Shown: positions 1 to 13,200 of the stretch, in pieces
How the letters are laid out: each line of letters begins with the position of its first letter
How positions within the stretch are numbered: position 1 is the first letter of the stretch
DNA from: Camelus dromedarius
Lineage: Eukaryota
NCBI RefSeq assembly: GCF_036321535.1
Contig: NC_087436.1
Coordinates: 87,546,001 to 87,610,000, forward strand
Length of the DNA stretch: 64,000 nucleotides
Direction: 5' to 3'
Notes under the pieces: generated by a model
Database searches by the model: none
The model's input: only the letters and a program-made list of their open reading frames with translations
What the model was told of the DNA's origin: nothing
Translations under genes and position numbers: made by a program

Positions 1-1797
1 AATTCAACATAGTCCTGGAAGTCCTAGCCACAGCAGTCAGGCAAGAGAAAGAAATAAAAGGGATCCAAATTGGAAAAGAAGAGGTAAAAGTGTCATTATG
101 ATGACATGTTACTATATATAGAAAACCCTAAAAGGTCCACACAAAAACTACTAGAGCTGATTGAAGAATTCAGCAAGGTAGCAGGTTACAAAATTAATGT
201 TCAAAAATCAGTTGCATTTCTTTACACTAACGATAAATCAACAGAAGAAGAAAGTAAAGAAACAATCCCCTTTAAAATAGCACCCAAAGTAATAAAATAT
301 CTGGGAATAAATCTAACCAAGGAGGTGACAGAATTATACACAGAAAACTATAAACCATTGATGAAGGAAATTAAAGAAGACTTTAAAAAATGGAAAGATA
401 TTCCATGCTCTTGGATTGGAAGAATCAATATTGTTAAAATGGTCACACTGCCCAAGGCAATCTACAGATTTAATGCAATCCCTATCCAATTACCCAGGAC
501 ATATTTCACAGAACTAGAACAAATCATAATAAAATTCATATGGAACCATCAAAGACCTAGAATTGCCAAAGCATTACTGAAGAGAAAGAAAGAGGCTGGA
601 GGAATAACTCTCCCAGACTTCAGACAATACTATAGAGCTACAGTCATCAAGACAGCATGGTATTGGTACCAAAACAGACATATAGACCAATGGAACAGAA
701 TAGAGAGCCCAGAAATGAACCCACAAACTTTTGGTCAACTCATCTTTGACAAAGGAGGCAAGAATATACATTGGAATAAAGACAGTCTCTTCAGCAAATG
801 GTGTTGGGAAAACTGGACAGCAGCATGTAAAACAATGAAGCTAGAACACTCCCTTACACCATATACAAAAATCAACTCAAAATGGATTAAAGACTTAAAC
901 ATAAGACAAGATACAATAAACCTCCTAGAGGAAAACATAGGCAAAACATTATCTGACATACATTTAAAAATTTTTCTCCTAGAAGAAATAAAAGCAAGAA
1001 TAAACAAATGGGACCTAATGAAACTTACAAGCTTCTGCACAGCAAAGGAAACCAGAAATAAAACAAGAAGAAAACCTACGGAATGGGAGAAAATTTTTGC
1101 AAGTGAAACCGACAAAGGCTCGATCTCCAGAATATATAAGCAGCTCATACGACTCAATAACAAAAAAATAAACAACCCAATCCAAAAATGGGCAGAAGAC
1201 CTAAACAAGCAATTCTCCAAGGAAGACATACAAATGATCAAAAAGCACATGAAAAAATGCTCAATATCACTAATTATCAGAGAAATGCAAATCAAAACTA
1301 CAATGAGGTTTCACCTCACACCAGTCAGAATGGCCGTCATTCAAAAATCCACAAATGACAAATGCTGGAGAGGCTGTGGAGAAAGGGGAACCCTCCTACA
1401 CTGCTGGTGGGAATGCAGTTTGGTGCAGCCACTATGGAAAACAGTGTGGAGATTCCTCAAAAGACTAGGAATAGACTTACCATATGACCCAGGAATCCCA
1501 CTCCTGGGCTTGTATCCAGAAGGAAATCTACTTCGGGATGACACCTGCACCCCAATGTTCATAGCAGCACTAGTTACAATAGCCAAAACATGGAAACAGC
1601 CTAAATGTCCATCAACAGGTGACTGGATAAAGAAGAGGTGGTATATTTATACAATGGAATACTACTCAGCCATAAAAACTGACAACATAATGCCATTTGC
1701 AGCAACATGGATGCTCCTGGAGAATGTCATTCTAAGTGAAGTAAGCCAGAAAGAGAAAGAAAAATACCATATGAGATCGCTCATATGTGGAATCTAA
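1..1797 (+). pseudogene. L1 ORF2 reading frame, frameshifted at the RT active-site motif
   Basis: The upstream frame [13 protein letters not shown] is out of frame with [10 protein letters not shown]. The (Y/F)A of (Y/F)ADD is missing at about 97-100. Confidence 0.85.
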
Positions 1798-2129
1798 AAA
1801 ACAAAAACAAAAACAAACAAACAAACAAAAGCAAAGCGTAAATACAGGACAGAAATGGACTCACAGACAGAGAATACAGACTTGTGGTTACCAGGCGAGT
1901 GGAGGGTGGGAAGGGATAGACTGGGATTTCAAAATTGTAGAATAGATAAACAAGATTACACTGTATAGCACAGGGAAATATACACAAAATGTTATGATAA
2001 CTCACAGAGAAAAAAATGCGACAATGAGTGTGTATATGTCCATGAATGACTGAAAAATTGTGCTGAACACTGGAATTTGACACAACATTGTAAAATGATT
2101 ATAAATCAATAAAAAATGTTTTAAAAAAA
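1..2129 (+). mobile_element. Young LINE-1: 3' part of ORF2, 3' UTR and poly(A); cut off by the window start
   Basis: The 563-aa uninterrupted ORF 106..1797 is L1 ORF2p (RT C-terminal half plus the Cys-rich motif [18 protein letters not shown]). AATAAA at 2108-2113 is followed by an A-rich tail. Confidence 0.98.
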
Positions 2130-2239
2130 TGGTACCCTTTAAATAACTGTTCATAGTTAAATATAGCTCAATGAAGATGTTTTTAAAAACTCAGGTCAAA
2201 TCTTTTCTTAAAAGTCTCTTTATGAAATGATGACTGTGC

Positions 2240-2445
2240 ACTTAATTCACTGAGCATTATTTCTAATAGCAGAAAATTGAAAACAATCCATACCATTAAT
2301 AAAGTTCTGGATAAATGGGCTGTGGTGCATCTATACAATAAAATACATGCAGTTTTTAAAAAAGACTGAAGACCATTTCTATGTACTGATATGGAAAGAT
2401 CTCCAAGATGCTCTGATAAGGGGAAAAAGGCAAGGTGCAGAATAT
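2240..2445 (+). mobile_element. Ancient L1ME-like fragment
   Basis: gcattatttctaatagcagaaaattgaaaacaa...ctatgtactgatatggaaagatctccaagat resembles the degraded ORF2 end of L1ME elements. Confidence 0.6.
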
Positions 2446-4294
2446 TCTTCTACAGCTGGGATCTTGAGCAGACATTCGCACTCCTTTCCATGAGGACTAA
2501 ATGGGGGAGTCTGGAGGCTCTGGGACACTGGGGAACTATATTCAAGTGTTTATTTAAAGATGTCAGTTGATTTGATATCCTGACTTTTGTGTTCTGCAAT
2601 TTAAATTAAAACTGTATATTTGCATGTGTGTATTTCAATGGTGGAGATAAGAATGTCTCTTCCTTACCAATCTATCCAATATATTATATATGTGCTCATA
2701 TATACATGAAGACATTCTAGAAGGATTCCAAAGAATGGAAATCATGGAAGAGAAATGGGCAGATGAAAGAAGAAGTTCAGTAGGGAATTTTTAAAAATTA
2801 AATTGAAAATCTAAGTCAAAATCTTTCTGAATCTTTTTTAAAAATTGAAATATCTGCATGGGGACTAAAGGAAAGGAAAATTTCTAGTGATAACTCTGAA
2901 AAGGTATATTTATTCAGGAATCTGAATTCAGACCTCAGGCTTACTCAACCAAAAGCAAAAAGTAAGTAAAATAACTAACCTTCAAAGATGCAGACTCTTT
3001 CTTGAGACTTTTTCCTCTAGTTTCTTAGACCTCTTACTGAATTTCACCAAGCTCATTTCAGTTCCAGTTTTCTGATATATTCTGCTGAATTTTGGGTCTT
3101 CTAGTACCTACATAATATGGGTTAAAACTGTTAACAACTTCATAGTGTGTATTAAAATTCTTTTTATTGGTGTATCCTTAACAGATAACACTCAAATATT
3201 CAAGACATGTATCTGGTTTTCTCATTTTCTGTTTTTTTCCCTCTTGCCAGCCCCTGGCCTCTTGTCCTTTAGGTCAAATAGTAAACAGTGAATGTCAAAA
3301 GTCACTGGCAGGCAAATCAAGAAATAAAAGAGCGGTTATTTTTTCAAACAATTACTGTTTATTTGTTGAACTAAATCCGTATGAAAATGAGTGGTTAACT
3401 GTGCTTAATCTTATTAAATGAAAAAAGAAAGGCTATTGAAGGCCTCATACACACAAAAATAGAGGAATTATTAAAGCTCATTCATACTACAAAGAAATCT
3501 ACACAACTCATATGAAAAACATTTGCCCAGGGATGGCTGCCTCATTGTCAGCAGATGCGGCCTTCAGAGAATCTTAGACAATGGGTGGAGAGCTTTCCAA
3601 ATATAATTTAAATATATATATTTACATTTACTCGCTACCCAATGGTCCCATGACATAGATCCACTTTTTAGCTGAGATTCAATTTCTTCTTGATTGCCTT
3701 GATCTGTCTAATAAGTTTCAAGTAATTGTGACCTTCACCATATCCCAAAACTGGATGGGTTTGGCAAGAAATTTATAAAACTTTGATTTTTCTCTTCATT
3801 CACTCATCACGGTTATTGTTTGCTGTTTGTTTGGTTCTTTATTTCTTTGGCTCAAAATCTGTTTTATTGGAAAGACATGTGTGATGTAGAGAAATTTAAG
3901 CCAGGATTATTTCCTGGCACTCAACAACCAAAAGCAGATACTAAACTTGTCAGTTGTTGAAGCTTTAGAGAGTATTTGTGGGGAAAAGCATTTCTTTGTC
4001 TTACTTAATCTGCAGAACCCAAAAAGTGGATTCTGGAAAAAATATGTCCTATTGACACTTGTGTTTTTATTTTCTCTGTGACTCAAGTGGAGATTGCTAC
4101 ATTTCAGAGGAGGTGAGTTTTGCAAAGGGAAAATTCTGAGTTTATTTTCTTAAATAGTTTATAGTTCATAAATTGTCCTCCGTTTTCTTTTAACAAAACA
4201 AATTTCATTGGTTTTGCCAGATGTAAGAAATTGTATCAATTTGTTTTGTATATGGGTTTTTCCTAAAACCTTCTAGTTTCTATAACGTGTTTCC

Positions 4295-4435
4295 ACAGCC
4301 AGCTTCATGGGTGTGTGATCTATCCAATTACTGAGTTAATGCTCTGCTATCAGCATCTCAGAATTCTTAATAATTAGAACAAGGGACCTCAAATTTTTGT
4401 TTTGTACCAGGGCCCCCAAATTAGGTAGCAGAGCA
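4295..4435. mobile_element. MER91A-like hAT DNA transposon remnant
   Basis: cagccagcttcatgggtgtgtgat...aattcttaataattagaacaagggacc...agggcccccaaattaggtagc matches the recalled MER91A consensus. Confidence 0.65.
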
Positions 4436-4499
4436 GCACAGTTCACGTAAGCAATCATCAAAGCTCTAGTGAAAGAGGACCATGAGGCGTATAGACATA

Positions 4500-4722
4500 A
4501 CAGTAGTAGAGAATATTTATTGAGCATTATGTGCTGTTCTAAGAACTTCATGGGTATTAACTCATTTGAGCCCTAAGAAAACCACTACAAAGTAAGTGTT
4601 AGCACTGGCTTCAGTTTACAGATGGAGACATTGAAACATAAAGGTTAATGAAATTAATCACTCAGTAAATTCAGGGACCAGAATGAGATCCCAGACAGCC
4701 TGGCTCCACAGCCTGCTCTATT
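4500..4722 (-). mobile_element. MIR SINE
   Basis: atttattgagcattatgtgc...ctcatttgagccc...tttacagatggagacattgaaaca is the MIR core. Confidence 0.7.
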
Positions 4723-7700
4723 AAAAGGAGTGAGAGCAGTTAAAGATCACTTCAGAATCACGTGGCTTCCATAACACAGTGCTGCCCCTCAGAAACCTAT
4801 AAAGCCAATCTTGATTTGTGCCTCTATTTCCCATTCCCCGCCCCCCCCACCCTGGTTTCAGACTTTATCTGGGTAACTGCATACTGTAGATGTTTGATTT
4901 GGCAGAATTTATAGCTACCCTCCATTGCTTTGATTCATGATGTATCCCACCTGCAAGTACATCACAGACCAAAGGGTCGCATTCTAATTCTTCCAGGCGC
5001 ATCCATGTTACCATCAAGGCATCTGGTGGCTGTTTAAGGCTAACTTCCTGATTCACATATTCACTAATCCAGAAGACACTCTTACTTTTTACTTCTTATT
5101 TAAGATGGACTCAATTCTTTGGCTGAATTAAAAGTTCATTTTGCCCCATAAAACTTGCTTCAGACTTCTGATTAGTTTGCATTCTGTCAGCAATGGGGAA
5201 ACCAACTTCTGGACAGTAATATTTTTCAGTAAAGGGTGGTAATAAAATCTGGCAGTCAGCATCTATGAATAAAAACAAAGAAAACAGAAAGGAATTCCCA
5301 TTTTGTGAGACATGGCAACTCAAGGCCAAAACATCTGTGTGGTAAGTGATTTATTTAAATGTATGTTTAAACAAAGAAAAGAAGGTATAGCATAAACACC
5401 TTATTGGAGGCAACATGACTGAAGGTGATAAAAAGGACTGCCAACATATGCCCTGTGAAGACAGTGGGGAAAGTTTAGCCTGGTGGCTGTGAGCACCATA
5501 GCCCGAAGACCTGGCCTTAACTCCTGGCTCCACCACCTACTGAAAAGTGAAATCTTAGGCAAAGTTTTCTCATGTGTAAAATGAACAACTACTAAGTGCC
5601 AAGTGTTGTGCTATATTCCGGATACATAAGAGTGTCAGAAAAAAACAATATGGTGCCTGCCTCTAAGGCACTTGTGATCTAGAGTGATCCTATAGTAGAA
5701 TCCGGCTATTGCACGCATACACAGTAAGTGGAGAAGACATTGAGTTCCAGCATCACTCAATTGTCCACCTCTCTGAGGAACTGGTTATAACCCTACCAAG
5801 GGCTAACAGAACCATCTGCACTGGGATGTCCATTTCTGGCTTCCAAGACCTTACTTCCAATGACAGATAGAGCTCACTCTTCGTTTAGGCAATCCTCAGG
5901 AAGATCTTGTTGTTAATTTCCAATATCCTCTGCAGAATATTGACTATGGCTTTATGATGCTGCAACTCCATGTGCCTCTAACCTGGGTTCCCCCTTAGGG
6001 AACATCCTGTAGAAATGGGAAGGTGCATCCTTTGTTGGCAAGAGTCACTTTCCACTGAGAGTCCAAGCTAAAGACAATGCTGCATTGTGAAAACATGTAT
6101 CACTTTTGGTCAATGCCATAAAACATCTCCCCATATCTACACACTGCCCCTTAGCAACTGTATATTTGTTACCCAATATCAGGTAGATGCATACTCCCCA
6201 GGAATTTAAGATGCACCATGAGTACACAAAGCCTCAGGAAGACATCTCCCTGAAGCATCAATTCACTCAAAAATCTATAGGGAAATACATATTTGGTATT
6301 TTTATATTCTTATGTACACAAATCTGGGTTATCAAAATCTGACATCAAAAGAGTAGAGAAACTACCAGACACCAACCTGATGTTCAGCATTGGTTCTCTT
6401 CCATTCAATCCAGTTCCCCCAATTTATAGACTTACATAATATGCACTGATCAGGAGGACAAGTAAGAACTGCTTTGTGCCCCTTAAGATAAACTTGGAGC
6501 TCTCAAAGTTTCATGCGTTCGGCTACCTTTCCAGACTGAACAGGCATGATATGTGAGGATAGCATGTGAATTCTTTCTTATGCTCTTAAATGTTTCCATG
6601 AAAAATATGAGGAAAACACTGATGCAAGTTACCCTATGCACTTTGGACATTACTGATTCTCACGATACCAAAGAAGTTAAAAGCTAGCATTTTCAATCTG
6701 CTGGAAACCTCAGGAACCATCTCATCTGGGGGGTCTTCAAACTGTACTTGAGGGTCACAGCAGAAGGTGAAGTGAGGCCAAGAAGGAGCAGCTCAGCCTC
6801 TCCACACCTCAGCCCCTCTGCCCAAACCCTTTTTGCCCATCAGCTGCATCAATAGGATTCATTTTGATCCTATTTCTATTTGTCTAGGATTTTTAAGTAG
6901 GATTTCATTTGAGGAAGATATTCTTAGGACAAAAGAGTTGAAAGCAACTGATCTGATTCAAGTATCTTATTATTTATATACATATATATAACCAAAATCA
7001 CATTATGCCCCAATTCAGTCCCACCCTCCCTAACCTGAAACCATTGAGCACCTACCTACAGGGACCCGGAGCAAGCCCCACTTTGGAGTGGCTGGGTGGG
7101 AATCTCTGGTCTCATTTGTCTTTTATATTTATATTTATTTATATGTTTATATTTTATTATGCATTTATTTATTTTATATTTTAGCTGTCACCAGGATTCT
7201 TTGACCAAGCATTATGGTTTATCAGCAAACTGAGTGAATTTGAGAAAGTATTACTTCCTGTTTGTTTCAATTGGAGTGTGATTTTCCAGCCTTAAGGGAA
7301 AGTAAGTGTGGCCCTTCTCTCCCACAGGCAGCGATCCTTACCCTCTCCCATGCTCCGTCCCCTTTCAGAGCCTTGGCTCACAGAGGATGCAATAAACTGA
7401 GTGTTTCCTTAAACTCCAGTCATTCATATACTAGTTTTGCGATTTTCATTATATCTGCCTACCAACCGCCCTTCCATTTGCTTAATGTTTTTCTTTAAAT
7501 CAGCTCGTGTTTTCACATGAGCCATGCTCTGAGCAATAACATTTGTTAAATCATTAAAAAAAAAAAAGTGTCTTTTTACCAATACACATTAAAACGAGCA
7601 CAAAATCATTAAAATACAAAATCCTGCAACTGGGCCAAATCACCTCATGGAACGCTTTTGGAAAACACTGATCTAATTCAGTCATTCAGCAAGTAGTCAC

Positions 7701-8984
7701 TGAATCCCTGCTCCCTGCCAGATGCTGTGCTAAGTGTTAGAAAACATGTGCCCTTGAGGGAACCCACGGAACCCTTTCTTGAGAATCATTTCATCCAACT
7801 GTGTTCCACGGAATACACTTTGGGAAACATTATTCTAGAAACATCCAAGGTTGAAAGACATGGAAAGAGAGAGGCAGCAACTTTGGCACTTTGCCTTGGC
7901 CTCTGGCTGGCAGAAAACCTTCCCACAATTGCCTCCTGAGTGTTGGAGAAATAAGACTGCTTTGAGAATTACTGCCTCCCTGGCAGAATTTAAGAGGAGG
8001 GATAAGATAAAGAGAGAGGTGTGGGACTGTTCAGCACAACCAGACCCCCTAGGAGATAGGAAGAGCTTCCGTTCATTCAAAGGAGTCTCCCACATCCTGG
8101 GGTCAAGAGAGGACAAGACAGAGCACGGCTGTCAGTGACACACTGGGGCAGGGGTAAACTCAACACTTGCCTTCAGCAGTTAATGGTGTTTAGGGTTCTC
8201 CCCTTGGTGCATCTGAAGTACTGAGTCAATGAAGATGATTTTAAATATTTTCTTAGGGCTAAGACTATAAATTCAACCACAAAACTGGAAAATGTTCAAC
8301 TCTATTTCTCCATAATGTGGTGGTTTGGGGGTTTTCTAAAATAGTTTTCCAGTAAATTGCGCACTGCTTGTCCACAGAAGTAAACAACAGCCCAAGGGCA
8401 GATGGTGAGCCCCACGGCCCTTGGTGCATAAGTTGTAAGAACATTTCTCCCTCAAATGTCACTGAATTTCTCCAGCCAAGTTAAGCACAGTATAAGCGCC
8501 ATATTTTTTCCCAGGGCAGCTCTTATGCTTATCCTCCCAGCAAAGGTTATGAGTCATGTTTGGGTGTCTCAGGGCTTCATAAATTGTGGTAAATGGAGTT
8601 GAATTTTCTTTTTCCAATGTAACTGAGCAACAAAAATCATTGCTTTTGATAAAAATTAGAGTTGTTGACACATGTTCACGAGGACTGTGACAGGTTTATA
8701 GGCCCCTTTCACAACATCTCCCATATTTTAAGGTCCAGATTTTTCCAGTGCAGATTTGGGTAGCAGACATGAGTGATTTTTGTATTCCCTTAGTCTCTCC
8801 GCATTAAAATTTTAGGCTCTTGTCAAGTTCAGCTTTCCAATCCAAACCTGCAGATAGGAAAAAGAAAATGTGACAGAGATATAGCCAATTAAATCTGGAA
8901 AAAGAATCTTAAGAGCAGGTTGAGGGGTGATAAGAAGAAATCTCCATTATCCTCAGTTTGGTAGATTGTCTGGATAATGAAACA

Positions 8985-9522
8985 GCTGCATTATCCCTCT
9001 TCCTTCTTTGCATCCATGCCCTTTGCAATGCAGTATTGCAGTTCCTACCATCAAGAGATGCAGCCTGAGTCCCCAGTTCTTGGATCTGGGCTGCCCTTGT
9101 AACTTGCTCTGGCCAATAGTATGTGGAAGAAGTGACAGCATTCAAGGCATTGCACTCTCCCCTCTCCCTGACCCTTTCCTCCACCACGTGAACAGACCTG
9201 AGCAAGCCTTATGGAGAATGAAAGAACACACGGCCCATGGTCAGTTGACCTGATTGTACAAGCTGTGACACCCACTGGTACCTACGGTACACGTGGTACC
9301 TGGTCCAAGGGCCCTGCGTGACAGAGTCTAGCCAAGACGAGCTTGTTGGTCTGCAGCTGATTGCAGAGGGATGAGCAAATCCAGCTGACGTCAGCCAACC
9401 CTGGCCCAAGTCCTCAGAACCACACAGCTGCCCCATGGGCTTGTGGCCAATAATACGTAGTTATTGTCTTAAACCATGAAGATTTGCAGTGGCTTGGTCT
9501 ACAGAAGTAACTGCTTGATACA
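8985..9522 (+). mobile_element. MLT1-family (ERVL-MaLR) solo LTR
   Basis: gcagttcctaccatcaagag...cttgtaacttgctctggccaatagtatgtgg...ttattgtcttaaacca...ttgataca are typical MLT1 motifs, with a terminal CA. Confidence 0.75.
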
Positions 9523-9579
9523 AGGATAATCACTATAATCATCTTCATCATCAATAACCATCATTCATTTTAACATGTT

Positions 9580-9940
9580 TTTCCCATCTATCTTCTCATC
9601 CCACCCCCAGTTTCCCTTATTATTAACATCTGGCATTAGTGTGACATATTTGTTATAGCTGATGAGATAATATTAATTCATTATTATTATTAAAACCCAT
9701 AGTTACATTAGGGTTCCCTGTATTGTACATTCTACAAGTTTTGAAAAATGTATGATGATGTGTATTTACCATTATAGTATCATACAGAATAGGTTCACTG
9801 CCCTAAAAATCCCCTGTGCTCCACCTATTCATTTCTCCTTCCCTCCGCTAACCTTTTTACAGTCTCCATAGTTTTGTCTTTTCCAGAATGTCATGGAGTT
9901 GGAATCATACAGTATGTAGCCTTTTCAGATTAGCTCACTT
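9580..9940 (-). mobile_element. L1MC-like 3' end fragment
   Basis: ttcactgccctaaaaatcccctgtgctccacctattc and tggaatcatacagtatgtagccttttcagatt. Confidence 0.75.
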
Positions 9941-9959
9941 TAACATTTTCTTTTTGTCT

Positions 9960-10150
9960 AGCACCATGCTACTTTTCCTAAATGATCTCATTTAACTCCA
10001 TAGGGTGCTATTATTATGCTTACTTTACAGATGAGAGAACTAACCTCAGAGAAGATAAATGAATTGGCCCAAGGACACACAGCTAATAAGTGCTCCGCCT
10101 TGAGAAGCTCCGGCCTTTCTGATGTTAGAGCCCGAACTCTTAATCATCAC
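9960..10150 (-). mobile_element. MIR SINE
   Basis: tctcatttaactc...ttacagatgagagaactaacctcagaga...ggcccaaggacacacagctaataag. Confidence 0.75.
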
Positions 10151-10306
10151 AGGAGAAGCTGCAAAGTGGTGACCCAGAGGCCGCCTTCAGCTTACGATTT
10201 TGTTTCATTTGGCTCACTTGTTGTTTTAAATACCAAAAAATGTCAGCTTTTCTTGTAAAAATTGTAGGGTGTGGCCATTTTAGGCCTGCATTCACAGACT
10301 GCAATT

Positions 10307-10445
10307 GTCTTAGTCAGCTTGGCTGCTGTAACAAAATATTATGGACTGGGTGGTTTAAATAACATTTATTTCTCACATTTCTGGAGGCCGGAAGTCTGAG
10401 ATCAAGGTGCCAGTGGACTAAGAAGTGAGAGCTCTCTTCCTTGTA
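10307..10445 (-). mobile_element. MLT1/MST-type LTR fragment
   Basis: tgtcttagtcagcttggctgctgtaacaaaata...atttatttctcaca...tctgagatcaaggtgccag. Confidence 0.75.
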
Positions 10446-10744
10446 GGGAGGATGGTTTAACCAAAGAAATGACAGTTTTCACTCAACCAAACACCTTGAT
10501 GGATTCTGGTCCTGAAAAAATGGGCCTGAGAGTGCAGGGGGAATAAGGGCTGCAGGAAACTGAGCTAGAGGAGTGTGGAATTTCTAGCGGTAATTCAGGC
10601 CATATGTGGGTGAAGGAGAAAGAAAGGAAATTAAGAGAGAAGAAGAGCGAGCAAAGCAGCAAGAGGCCTGGGCAGTGTACGGTGTGGCAGAGCTAGGGAG
10701 AGATGCTGGTGGTGACAGATGTCTTAAAACAACATCCAAGACCA

Positions 10745-11037
10745 TTTTTGGGTTGGGTTGTTTGGGGGCAGAAGACCTAAACAAGCAATTCTCCAATGAA
10801 GACATACGAATGGCCAATAGGCACATGGGGAAAATACTCAATATCATTAATTATCAGAGAAATGCAAATCAAAACTACAATGAGATACCACCTCACACCA
10901 GTCAGAATAGCCATCATTCAAAAAGAATATGAAAATGAATATATGTGTATCCATGTATGACTGAAGCACTGTGCTGTACACCAGAAATGGCACAACATAG
11001 TAAACTGACTATATCTCAATTAAAAAAAAAAAAAAAG
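10745..11037 (+). mobile_element. Short L1 insertion with 5' inversion and internal deletion, flanked by a 19-bp TSD
   Basis: TSD aaaacaacatccaagacca (10726-10744) versus aaaccaacatccaagacca (11039-11057). Order: 19 nt inverted, ORF2 piece, 3' UTR piece, poly(A). Confidence 0.88.
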
Positions 11038-11895
11038 AAAACCAACATCCAAGACCAAGTGTTGGCAAGGATGTGGAGAAACTGAAACCCTTGTACACTT
11101 TAGTGGGAACACAGAATGATGCAGTCACTATGGGAAACAATATGGAAGCTCTCAAAAATGTAAAAAATAGAACTACCACATGACCCAGCAATTCCACTTC
11201 TGGGTACATATCCAAAGGAACTGAAATCAAGAACTCAAAGAAATATCTATACCCCCATGTTCATTGTGGCATGACTGACAATAACCAAGACTAGGTTGGA
11301 GACAACCCAAATGGACAGATGAATGGATAAAGAAAATGTGGTATATGCATAGAGTGGAATATTATTCAGCCTTTAAAAAGGAAATCCCACCATTTGTGAC
11401 AACATGGATGAAACTAGAGGATATTATGCCAAGTGAAATAAGCCAATCAATCACAGGACAAATGTGCATGATACTACCTGTATGAGGTATCTAAAAATAG
11501 TCAAACTCATAGAAGCTAAGAATAGAATGGTATCTGCCGGAGGCTGGGGGAGAGGGGGATGCAGAATTGTTTTTCAACAGGTGTAAAGTTTCTGTTCTGC
11601 AAGATGAATAAATTCTAGAGATCTGCTGTACAATCCAGTACCTATTATCTAACAACATGGCACTGTGCACTTTGAAATATGTTAATAGGATAGATCTCAA
11701 TTGTTCTTACAAGAAAAAATAAAATGCAAAAGAACATAGGAAATTTTTAGAGGTGATGCCTAGGTTTTGTACGTTGGTTGTGGTGATGATATCACAGATG
11801 TATGCATATGTCCAAACTCTTCAAGATATATACATTACATGTGTGCAATTTTTTTCTGTATCAGTTATACCTCAATAAAGTCTAAAAAGAATAAA
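11038..11895 (+). mobile_element. Older L1 (L1MA/MB-like) ORF2 end and 3' UTR; host of the 10745 insertion
   Basis: aagtgttggcaaggatgtggagaaactg...gacccagcaattccacttctggg...ttatacctcaataaag; degenerate, no long ORF. Confidence 0.85.
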
Positions 11896-12739
11896 ACTAT
11901 TTAATATGTAATTTTACACTGTTTACTGTGCAGTGTGGTGTTGTGAAGCTTCCTCATAATCCATGGACCTTTAGTAAAAGTTCTACTATAATCCAGAGCT
12001 GTGTATTCACAATTGTTTTGGGGACAGAGATCAGGAGGAAAATTCTAAATTTGGAGTAGTATGGGGCAGAGAAAACTGAAACAGCACTGATACAGAATGT
12101 AAAACAAGACTTCAGAGGACACAGGAAATCAGAGCCAGGAGTAACAATGAATTTCAGAATCTTGGGTGGACTTTGAACTTCATTTGAGATCTTTATCTGG
12201 GGGGTTAGGCCACTCCTGTCTAGATCACAAGGGCACAGGAGACCTCAGATGATATCTGAGTTACACAACCATTGTATTTAATCAAGAATTTCCCACTGAA
12301 ATCTCCCAGCTGGTTGCACTTGCCCTGCCCCAGGCAAATGCAAACCACAGGTATTTGAGCCCAGTTGGAGAACAGGGTGTCCAGACAGAATGAACGTGTA
12401 GGCCATGAGATGTGTATTTTCCCAGCAACCTCTGCCATGAAAGACGTTTGTAATTCAAGGTTTGAAAAAGTATGAGAGAAAATGGAATCTCTTTGAAGTT
12501 GCCATGTGACATCTCAATAACATAAATCCTTAAATTGTACAGAGATTTTTATTTTTAAAAGTATATCTTCAGAGTACAGGACACTTTGCCATCTTGATCT
12601 GGTGGAAATTTTGATCTCAAGCTCTTGATACTAAGGACTATTTCTCTATATGTTTCAATCAGAATTGAATGATATAAATATTGATGAATTTCCAAAAACC
12701 ATCTTTCAGAAAACATAATAAAGCCAACATGTCAGCTAG

Positions 12740-13200
12740 AAATTATATTCAGCTGTGTGTAAACTGAGACCTGGAAAAAAATAATATATTGATCACACAA
12801 GAATGTACTCTCTTGTGTGAAAGAAGTCTGGAGACAGGCCCTCCAAGGGTGATATTGTGATTCCATGAAGTCACTAGGACCCATGCCTCTCTGATTCTCC
12901 CATTCCTCTCTCCTCAGCCTGTGGTTTTCACCTCTAAGGGCCCCATTCTGGTCTGAAGACTGCTGGAAATCAGTTACAACAGAAGGAAAAAGGAAGAGGA
13001 AAGGTTCATTTCCTCTTCTTAAAAAGCCTTTTCAGAAATCCCACCCACCAGATCTCCTTACACGTCATTGGCCAGAACACAGGCACGTGGCTACACTTAA
13101 CAACAAGGAATGCTGGGGGATGTGGTTTTCAGCAGGTACCTTGCCCAGGACGCTGCTGAGAAAGTGGGGAAAACGGATATGGAAGGCAGTCTACAACCTA
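12740..13200. mobile_element. Old MLT1-like LTR remnant
   Basis: ccttacacgtcattggccagaac...ggctacacttaacaacaaggaatgctgggggatgtggttttc. Confidence 0.5.

Noticed and set aside
574..2083. Minus-strand ORFs of 65-186 aa
   Set aside because: Standard antisense frames of L1 sequence.
5750..6250. Coding-looking, balanced-composition stretch (possible pseudogene or ancient retroelement interior)
   Set aside because: The minus-strand frames I translated contain stops and match no protein I recognise. A BLASTX or Dfam search would be needed.
10606..10932. 108-aa plus-strand ORF
   Set aside because: Chance fusion of purine-rich flank with the L1 ORF2 fragment of the 10745 insertion.
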